Translations under genes and position numbers: made by a program
The notes under the pieces: model-generated
What the model saw: only the letters and a program-made list of their open reading frames with translations
The model's database searches: none
What the model was told of the DNA's origin: nothing
DNA from: PVC group bacterium
Lineage (GTDB): Bacteria; GCA-001730085; JADFSZ01
Direction of reading: 5' to 3'
Length of the DNA stretch: 6,514 nt
Assembly (NCBI GenBank): GCA_022560555.1
Contig: JADFSZ010000100.1
Location: 1 to 6,514, forward strand
Shown: piece by piece, positions 1 through 5,227 of the stretch
How the letters are laid out: each line of letters starts with the position of its first letter
Position numbering within the stretch: the stretch's first letter is position 1

Positions 1-157
1 CTCATCCCTCAATATTGCCGTTTTAACTCCTGGCATCCTATTTGCGTGATTGAATATGTGCAAGCCAAACCCAGTTACTTAAGAGAAAGGGGTGGTCCTA
101 TGGCCCGTTCCAGCATAATCAAGATCTTAGCTTTATTTCCATCGACAGTCACGCATA

Positions 158-186
158 TTGACAAGACGGATTCCAGGTGCTACCAT
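158..186 (+). promoter_or_regulatory. Candidate sigma70-type promoter for the cluster (TTGACA-N17-TACCAT with TG at the extended -10 position)
   Basis: TTGACA at 158-163, a 17-nt spacer at 164-180 ending in TGC, and TACCAT at 181-186. It lies about 80 nt upstream of the SD-supported start at 268. Motif match only; no transcript data. Confidence 0.3.
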
Positions 187-267
187 ACGGCCTCACTTTT
201 CTCAAAAGCACCTGCTAAAGAGGATTTCTCAGAGCCTCGTTCATGGGGAATTCAAAGGAGTCCGGCT

Positions 268-801
268 ATGATGTATCAAGAAATAGCCATGCAAATACGA
301 CGGTTCTGCTTTTCCTCTTTGTTGATATACGCGGTTGTCGTTTTTGGCCAACCCGGCCTTGGTTATGCCCAGCCAAATGATCCGACACTCTTTTTGACTC
401 ATCCTTATTCAGGAAAAACACATTCATTGGTCGCTATCGGCTATGGAAAAATTGCTCAAGATCGGGGGCGCTTGCCGACTCAAGAAAAGCTTATGGCAAA
501 AAGAGCGGCTATGCTGGATGCCTATCGCAAACTTTCCGGCGGCTTAAGAAGTATCTCTAGCCATATTCAGAACGGAAATACAGTTTTGGAACAATCCGGA
601 TTTATCAAAGGCGCAAAGATAATGCGATATAATATTTTGCAAAATAATTATTTTGAAGTCGAGTTGGCCGTTCCAATAACTTTTATGGATTCTGTTTCAC
701 CGGCTAAGATTGAAAAAATGGCCGTGGTTTATCCGAAACCTTTTAACCAAAACCAGGGCGAACCCATTGATCGCGATGAATGGGTTCACATAATGAAATA
801 A
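268..801 (+). CDS. Secreted single-module LPP20/FlgP-like protein (177 aa from the corrected start)
   Basis: The frame is open from 46. The in-frame ATG at 268 follows AAGGAG (255-260) with a 7-nt spacer and opens a signal peptide, MMYQEIAMQIRRFCFSSLLIYAVVVFGQPGLGYA|QP. The mature part aligns with the modules of the next gene (AIGYGK...LMAKRAAMLDAYRKL...FIKGAKI...FEVELAVPI). Stop TAA at 799-801. The CDS itself is secure; the family call rests on motifs only. Confidence 0.8.
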   Translation: MMYQEIAMQIRRFCFSSLLIYAVVVFGQPGLGYAQPNDPTLFLTHPYSGKTHSLVAIGYGKIAQDRGRLPTQEKLMAKRAAMLDAYRKLSGGLRSISSHIQNGNTVLEQSGFIKGAKIMRYNILQNNYFEVELAVPITFMDSVSPAKIEKMAVVYPKPFNQNQGEPIDRDEWVHIMK

Positions 802-829
802 TCCCGTGCCATGAAAAGGAGTTACACTA

Positions 830-2152
830 ATGAAAAAACTATTAACAACCCTTATCTTAGGAACCCTGATGTTGTTTTATGGAACCTCGTCCGCCTTGGC
901 AGTCAACGAGGCCCAAAACAAACTCCTGGCAAAGCGTGCTGCTCAAGCTGATGCCTATCGCAATTTAGCCGAAACCGTCATGGGGTTTAATATCGACGCC
1001 AATACCTATGTTCGTGATTTTGTTGCCGAGAGCGATCAAATCCAAACAGATTTAAATACCTTTCTCAAAGGGGCTGAGGTGACAAATGTTTTCTATCTTC
1101 CTGATGGGACATGTGAAGTGACCGTTTCTATGACCATCCAACAAATTGTAACCGAACTTCAAACGATCCATAGAGCCCGGTATGTTTACATCAAGGGACG
1201 CAGACGGTGGCGGCTGCGTGATTTTGATCAAATCGTTGTTCATCATCCGCAACTCACGTTTGTCACGGCTAAAGGATCCGGCGTTCCGAGAAGTTCCGCA
1301 CAAAACATAAACACCAACAAATCAAACGAATCCATCGTCACGGCCAATATTCCCGGATGGGAAGGGGTGACACCGCAGGGCCGGCTTATGGCCGAACGTG
1401 CGGCAAAAACCGATGCCGTTCGTAATTTAGCTGAAACGGTGTATGGTTTACGTATCACATCTCAAACCTACGTCAGAGATTTTGTTGCTGAAAGTGATCA
1501 GATCCAAACCATGCTTGATCAATATATTAAAAATGTTAAGCAAATATCTCCCTACCGGTATACTCCGGAAGGCATATGTGAGGTTGATGTCGAGGTCAGT
1601 GTTCAGGATGTGATCAAACAACTCAAGACTATACATCAAGACATCGTGCGTCGGGGATGGCGATGGAGAACCGTTGAACATCGTACCATCAACTTTGAAG
1701 AAATTATCGGCTATACTCCTATTAAGATTATCCGTGCTACAGGCTCCGGTGTCCCTCCCGAAAAATATCGGCAAGATCGTTCGCCGACATCCGCGGGATT
1801 AACAAGTTTCGCGCCTCCCACTCCCGCTTGGGCCACATCCACAATTCAGGCCAAAGGAACCGGAATCCAAGCTCAAGGAATCAGCCCGGCAGAAGCCTAC
1901 TTGAGTGCCGAGCGCGCCGCGAAAATCGACGCACTAAGAAACCTTTCGGAACAAATCTACGGCGTTCGGATCACTTCTCAGACAACCGTGAGAGATTTTG
2001 TCACTCAGTATGATGAAGTCTCAGCTAATGTCACCGCGTTTCTCCGAGGAGCCCGCGAAATCGAAACACGGGAACTGCCGGACGGAAGTATCGAAGTCGT
2101 CGTTGAATTACCGTTAAACGGATTATACCAAATATTAAAACCAAGAATCTAA
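830..2152 (+). CDS. Secreted protein with three tandem LPP20-like modules (440 aa)
   Basis: AAGGAG at 816-821, an 8-nt spacer, then ATG at 830. Signal peptide MKKLLTTLILGTLMLFYGTSSALA|VNE. The motif A-[KE]-R-A-A-x-x-D-A-x-R-N-L-[AS]-E-x-[VI]-x-G-x-x-I-x-[SA]-x-T-x-V-R-D-F-V occurs three times (aa 34-65, 188-219, 360-391). Each copy is followed by a [LP]-P-[DE]-G-x-x-E-V-x-V strand. Stop TAA at 2150-2152. Confidence 0.85.
   Translation: MKKLLTTLILGTLMLFYGTSSALAVNEAQNKLLAKRAAQADAYRNLAETVMGFNIDANTYVRDFVAESDQIQTDLNTFLKGAEVTNVFYLPDGTCEVTVSMTIQQIVTELQTIHRARYVYIKGRRRWRLRDFDQIVVHHPQLTFVTAKGSGVPRSSAQNINTNKSNESIVTANIPGWEGVTPQGRLMAERAAKTDAVRNLAETVYGLRITSQTYVRDFVAESDQIQTMLDQYIKNVKQISPYRYTPEGICEVDVEVSVQDVIKQLKTIHQDIVRRGWRWRTVEHRTINFEEIIGYTPIKIIRATGSGVPPEKYRQDRSPTSAGLTSFAPPTPAWATSTIQAKGTGIQAQGISPAEAYLSAERAAKIDALRNLSEQIYGVRITSQTTVRDFVTQYDEVSANVTAFLRGAREIETRELPDGSIEVVVELPLNGLYQILKPRI
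911..1171 (+). repeat. Intragenic protein-level repeat, LPP20-like module 1 (aa 28-114)
   Basis: AQNKLLAKRAAQADAYRNLAETVMGFNIDANTYVRDFVAESDQIQTDLNTFLKGAEV...DGTCEVTVSMTIQQIVTELQTIH aligns colinearly with modules 2 and 3. Confidence 0.75.
1373..1636 (+). repeat. Intragenic protein-level repeat, LPP20-like module 2 (aa 182-269)
   Basis: PQGRLMAERAAKTDAVRNLAETVYGLRITSQTYVRDFVAESDQIQTMLDQYIKNVKQ...EGICEVDVEVSVQDVIKQLKTIH. It shares an identical 14-aa block (YVRDFVAESDQIQT) with module 1. Confidence 0.75.
1886..2137 (+). repeat. Intragenic protein-level repeat, LPP20-like module 3 (aa 353-436)
   Basis: PAEAYLSAERAAKIDALRNLSEQIYGVRITSQTTVRDFVTQYDEVSANVTAFLRGAREIETRELPDGSIEVVVELPLNGLYQIL. This is the most divergent copy, and it lacks the Arg/Trp-rich linker that follows modules 1 and 2. 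Confidence 0.7.
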
Positions 2153-2183
2153 ATGCTATGTTAATCGCACATTGGAGAAAAAA

Positions 2184-3347
2184 ATGAACGTCTATCATAA
2201 AACACTGCCATCTATCCTACCTTTGTTTTTGGGGATGTTCCTTCTCGGAATCGATCCTGGGGCTGTATCCGCCCAGCCGGGTTTCCCCCCATCAAAAATC
2301 ATTGAAGCCGAGGGCCGTGCTGCCGCAAGCTCTATAACGGCTCGTGATGAAGCTCTCTCTCGCGCTCTCAGAAACGCTGTTGAACAAGGCGTCGGCGTCA
2401 TTATTGACTCTGTCAGTATGACAGAAAATTTTCGCTTGATTGAAGATAAAATTTATTCTGAGGTTAAGGGCTTTGTTGAGAACTATACCATCCTTTTTGA
2501 AAATCCAAATGATAACGGATTTTTTGTAATACGCCTTCAGGCTCAAGTCGCTTTAGGGATGCTCCAAAACCGTTTAGCGGCTTTGAATCTTTTAAGAGAG
2601 AAAAAGGGGAATCCACGAATAATGATTATCGCGAGTGAACTTATCGATGGTTTAGAGCAAGCCGGTGCCGTTGTCTCTACCGAGATAGAAAGTCTTTTTT
2701 TATCAAAGAATTTCCCGCTCGTAGATAAGTCACAGATGGAAATGATTAAACAACGTGATGCCAGCATGGCCTATGCCAACCCGCAAAAGGCCGTGGCTCT
2801 GGGACGCCGCTATGGAGCCGAGCTCGTTATTGTCGTGCAGGCCACGAGTGATCTTGTGGACACAAGTCAACCGTACGGGCAATCCGTTTTTTATTACGGA
2901 TCTCAGTGCTCTGCTAAAGCTATCAAAGTCGATACAGCTCAAATCGTGGCATCGGAATCCGTCACGATTGATCGTGTGGGAGGCGGCGGACGCATCCCTA
3001 CGGCAAAAAAATCCCTGGCTCAAGCAGGACAAAGGCTTGCGGGCACCCTTCTTTCTAAAATCATTGAAAGCTGGCGGAGTGAAGTCTACAACACGGTCCG
3101 AACACAATTGATTCTTTCTAATGCCAGCCTCGGACGCTCATTAAAACTTCAAAACGCCTTAGACGGACTTCCCGTCGTGGTAAATGTTTATGAAAAATCC
3201 CTCGTCAACGGCGTGTTAGAGTTGGATGTCGAGCTCAAGGGTGCGTCTACGGACGAACTCGCCATTCGCTTGCTTGAACTCTCGGAAATCTTGATCAACA
3301 TCACAGGTAAATCGGAAAATCGCATTGACGGACAATTTATCAACTAG
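2184..3347 (+). CDS. Secreted three-domain FlgT-like protein: LPP20/FlgT-N-like domain, CsgG/TolB-N-like alpha/beta domain, small C-terminal alpha/beta domain (387 aa from the corrected start)
   Basis: The ORF track starts at TTG 2172, but GGAG (2174-2177) sits 6 nt before ATG 2184. Signal peptide MNVYHKTLPSILPLFLGMFLLGIDPGAVSA|QP. N domain (aa ~37-135): IIEAEGRAAASSITARDEALSRALRNAVEQGVGVIIDS. Middle domain (aa ~143-300): PRIMIIASE...LSKNFPLVDKSQ...LGRRYGAELVIVVQATS...AKAIKVDTAQIVAS, the CsgG-fold pattern without long hairpin inserts. C domain: aa ~305-387. The size and three-part layout resemble Vibrio FlgT. The CDS is secure; the FlgT-like call has moderate support (about 0.45). Confidence 0.8.
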   Translation: MNVYHKTLPSILPLFLGMFLLGIDPGAVSAQPGFPPSKIIEAEGRAAASSITARDEALSRALRNAVEQGVGVIIDSVSMTENFRLIEDKIYSEVKGFVENYTILFENPNDNGFFVIRLQAQVALGMLQNRLAALNLLREKKGNPRIMIIASELIDGLEQAGAVVSTEIESLFLSKNFPLVDKSQMEMIKQRDASMAYANPQKAVALGRRYGAELVIVVQATSDLVDTSQPYGQSVFYYGSQCSAKAIKVDTAQIVASESVTIDRVGGGGRIPTAKKSLAQAGQRLAGTLLSKIIESWRSEVYNTVRTQLILSNASLGRSLKLQNALDGLPVVVNVYEKSLVNGVLELDVELKGASTDELAIRLLELSEILINITGKSENRIDGQFIN

Positions 3348-3371
3348 CAAATACGAACCGGCATTAAACCT

Positions 3372-4193
3372 ATGTTTCTAAAAAATTCATTACTACTCGG
3401 CTTAATTGCGTTTATGATCCTCGGAAGCTCTAGCCCTGTTTATGCCCTAAAAAAACACGTCAGTATTAACCCCATCAAAATCAGAAGAACCGTTGGAGGA
3501 GATGAGGTCACGAGGATTAGAGACTATTTATTTAAAATTATAGAAAAAACCTTCATCCTTAAAAAAACAAAATTTATTGTCAGCGATCATCCTCAAATTC
3601 TTGTTGATGTCTCGATCTCCCGATGCGATACCGGAACCCGTAGCAGTGTTCGACAAACACCTTATCATAAAGCTATGGGACTCTCTTCCACGGAAGCCAA
3701 CGCTATCATTGAAGCCTACGTTCAATTCTTTGACGCCAATACAAATGTCGTGATTTCGGCGGGAACTTTGGAGGGAAGAGCGTCTTCCAAAAGAGCCTCC
3801 GGACGGTTTAACGAAAAATGGGAAGGCACAGTGGATGAATTCCGAGGCAACACCCCTATCGGCTTAGCCTGCCAAATATTCACGGATAAGCTAATGAAGT
3901 ACGCCTACCGCATTTTAGATAAAGTTCTTTGGAAAGGAACCATCACAAAAATTGAAGGAACAGATCTTTATATCAGTTCTGGGTTTATGGACGGCGTAGG
4001 AATGGCCGATATGTTTTCAGTCTATAGAAAAGGACAATCGATAACAACTCAGCGTCTCCTCGGCGGCACCGCAAAGGACAGATTCATTGAAGTGTATCAA
4101 ATCGAAGAGGATTATGCTATTGCGAAACCCGCTCGCGGATCTGAAGAATTGGTTTTTTCCGTCGGGGATATCATTCAAGCTATGCCTAAATGA
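3372..4193 (+). CDS. Secreted divergent CsgG-fold protein with charged, non-amphipathic hairpin-equivalent segments, plus a C-terminal FlgT-C-like beta-domain (273 aa)
   Basis: Signal peptide MFLKNSLLLGLIAFMILGSSSPVYA|LKK. No clear SD lies upstream of ATG 3372, which is 24 nt after the previous stop. The protein aligns by eye with the next two genes: PQILVDVSISRCD vs AQIMITGAVSEFD; AIIEAYVQFFDANTNVVISAGTLEGRA vs AYLAVVIRIIDMTTMQVLDSQRVEGYA; FRGNTPIGLACQIFTDKL vs FRKTPIGKACQEAINQAV. The C-terminal WKGTITKIEGTDLYISSGFMDGVGMADMFSVYRKG matches GQGAIAAIDQYGIIINIGGESGVKTGDKFNVLKKG. The CDS is secure; the fold call has moderate support. Confidence 0.8.
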   Translation: MFLKNSLLLGLIAFMILGSSSPVYALKKHVSINPIKIRRTVGGDEVTRIRDYLFKIIEKTFILKKTKFIVSDHPQILVDVSISRCDTGTRSSVRQTPYHKAMGLSSTEANAIIEAYVQFFDANTNVVISAGTLEGRASSKRASGRFNEKWEGTVDEFRGNTPIGLACQIFTDKLMKYAYRILDKVLWKGTITKIEGTDLYISSGFMDGVGMADMFSVYRKGQSITTQRLLGGTAKDRFIEVYQIEEDYAIAKPARGSEELVFSVGDIIQAMPK

Positions 4194-4258
4194 TTCTCTT
4201 TTTAACTATATTCTCTTTGTAACTATATTTTCTTTTAACTACATCATCTTTAACCGTA
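4194..4258 (+). repeat. Four tandem imperfect direct repeats (17, 17, 16, 15 nt) filling the largest intergenic gap, immediately 5' of the SD of the first CsgG paralogue
   Basis: Unit 1 at 4194-4210 is TTCTCTTTTTAACTATA. Unit 2 at 4211-4227 is TTCTCTTTGTAACTATA, matching unit 1 at 16 of 17 positions. Unit 3 at 4228-4243 is TTTTCTTTTAACTACA. Unit 4 at 4244-4258 is TCATCTTTAACCGTA. The AAGGAG SD begins at 4258. TATATT (-10-like) recurs at the unit junctions, 4207-4212 and 4224-4229. Confidence 0.8.
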
Positions 4259-4270
4259 AGGAGATCGTTC

Positions 4271-5173
4271 ATGCTCGCAAGAAAAATTAATATCCTATTC
4301 ATCATTTTGTTCTTGCTCCTCTCGTCAACCGCTTGGGCCATAGGGCCGAAAAAAACGATTATGGTGGGTTCCATTGAAAATAAAGCGGGAGCGAGTTCCC
4401 AATTTGCAATCGGCAACGCTCTTGAAGACATGCTGACAGAATCTCTGCAAAAAACCGGTCAGTTCATCATCACCGAGCGTCCGCAACTGCAGGCGGGATT
4501 GGCCGAACAGGATTTCGCTCAAAGCGGACGGACATCCGTCGTTGGAAGACCGCAATTAGGAAAAATCACTAACGCGCAGATTATGATCACGGGAGCCGTC
4601 TCGGAATTCGATCCGAGCTCAAGCGGAAATCGAGCGGGACTCAATATCAAAGGGTTCGGAGCCGGTGTGAGCCAGGCAACGGCTTATTTGGCCGTCGTCA
4701 TTCGTATTATTGACATGACCACCATGCAGGTTCTTGATTCCCAGCGTGTAGAAGGATACGCCAAAGCCGGGGGGGCAAATTTTTCGTACCAAGGTGGAAA
4801 TATTGGTGGCAATATCGGCGGTTTTCGTAAAACGCCGATCGGCAAAGCCTGCCAAGAAGCCATCAACCAAGCCGTGGCCTACATCACCGATCGCCTGCAA
4901 AACGTTTTCGGACAGGGGGCTATTGCCGCTATTGACCAGTATGGTATTATAATCAACATTGGCGGCGAAAGCGGCGTCAAGACCGGAGATAAGTTTAATG
5001 TTTTGAAAAAAGGATCAGAAATTATTGATCCGACAACAGGTGTTTCTCTCGGAACACGCGAACAATGGGCCGGAACGATTGAGATTGTCTCAGTCGATCC
5101 AAAATTCGCGACAGCAAGATCCATCAGCGGAAATAATTTTGCCATCGGAGACTCGATTCAGCCAATACAGTAA
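4271..5173 (+). CDS. CsgG-family outer-membrane channel-like protein, paralogue 1, with a C-terminal beta-domain (300 aa); no lipobox
   Basis: AAGGAG at 4258-4263, a 7-nt spacer, then ATG at 4271. Signal peptide MLARKINILFIILFLLLSSTAWA|IGP. It aligns colinearly with remembered E. coli CsgG: KTIMVGSIENKAG vs KIFVSVYNIQDETG; FIITERPQLQAGLAEQ vs FIPLERQGLQNLLNER; NAQIMITGAVSEFD vs AANIMVEGSIIGYE; LAVVIRIIDMTTMQVLDS vs IAVNLRVVNVSTGEILSS. Two Gly-rich insert segments sit where the CsgG barrel hairpins lie. Stop TAA at 5171-5173. Confidence 0.85.
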   Translation: MLARKINILFIILFLLLSSTAWAIGPKKTIMVGSIENKAGASSQFAIGNALEDMLTESLQKTGQFIITERPQLQAGLAEQDFAQSGRTSVVGRPQLGKITNAQIMITGAVSEFDPSSSGNRAGLNIKGFGAGVSQATAYLAVVIRIIDMTTMQVLDSQRVEGYAKAGGANFSYQGGNIGGNIGGFRKTPIGKACQEAINQAVAYITDRLQNVFGQGAIAAIDQYGIIINIGGESGVKTGDKFNVLKKGSEIIDPTTGVSLGTREQWAGTIEIVSVDPKFATARSISGNNFAIGDSIQPIQ

Positions 5174-5227
5174 AAGATAGTTTCCAGTTTCCGGTTAATA
5201 AAAAACACATGAATATCGGAGGTTTTG

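Noticed and set aside
46-267. A 74-codon N-terminal extension of the first gene, as drawn in the ORF track (GTG start at 46).
   Set aside because: No SD precedes it, it uses a non-ATG start, and its sequence is featureless. It would bury an otherwise textbook signal peptide. The in-frame ATG at 268 has AAGGAG at ideal spacing.
289-330. The Cys in MQIRRFCFSSLL of gene 1 as a possible lipobox.
   Set aside because: RRFC does not fit the L-[ASTVI]-[GAS]-C pattern. The Cys precedes rather than follows the hydrophobic core, and a good AxA-type site (GYA|QP) follows that core.
1052-1774. Three minus-strand ORFs (83, 71 and 108 aa) and the + strand alternative-frame ORF 1828-2013, all inside the triple-LPP20 gene.
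   Set aside because: They lie fully within a strongly supported CDS whose repeats are conserved at the protein level. Their translations are Arg/Ser/Cys-rich and low in complexity, which is typical of shadow frames. None has an SD or a recognisable motif.
2195-3111. Minus-strand ORFs 2195-2401, 2292-2546, 2543-2767 and 2730-3107, plus the + strand alternative-frame ORF 2755-3111, all inside the FlgT-like gene.
   Set aside because: These are overlapping shadow ORFs of a well-supported CDS, with no start-site signals and implausible composition.
4194-4258. The tandem repeats read as a CRISPR array, an IS or transposon end, or a Rho-independent terminator.
   Set aside because: The units are contiguous with no spacers and are far shorter than CRISPR repeats. 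There is no inverted-repeat partner and no transposase nearby. The sequence is pyrimidine-rich without a GC stem, so no terminator hairpin is formed.
3528-4431. ORFs 3528-3725 (-), 4087-4290 (+) and 4186-4431 (-); the last two run across the gene 4 / gene 5 intergenic repeats.
   Set aside because: The 4087-4290 translation (…NYILFVTIFSFNYIIF…) is simply the tandem DNA repeat read through in frame. All three overlap supported CDSs and lack an SD.
5179-5192. Tandem duplication AGTTTCC-AGTTTCC in the gene 5 / gene 6 spacer.
   Set aside because: It is only two 7-nt copies with no associated hairpin or promoter hexamers, so it cannot be distinguished from chance.
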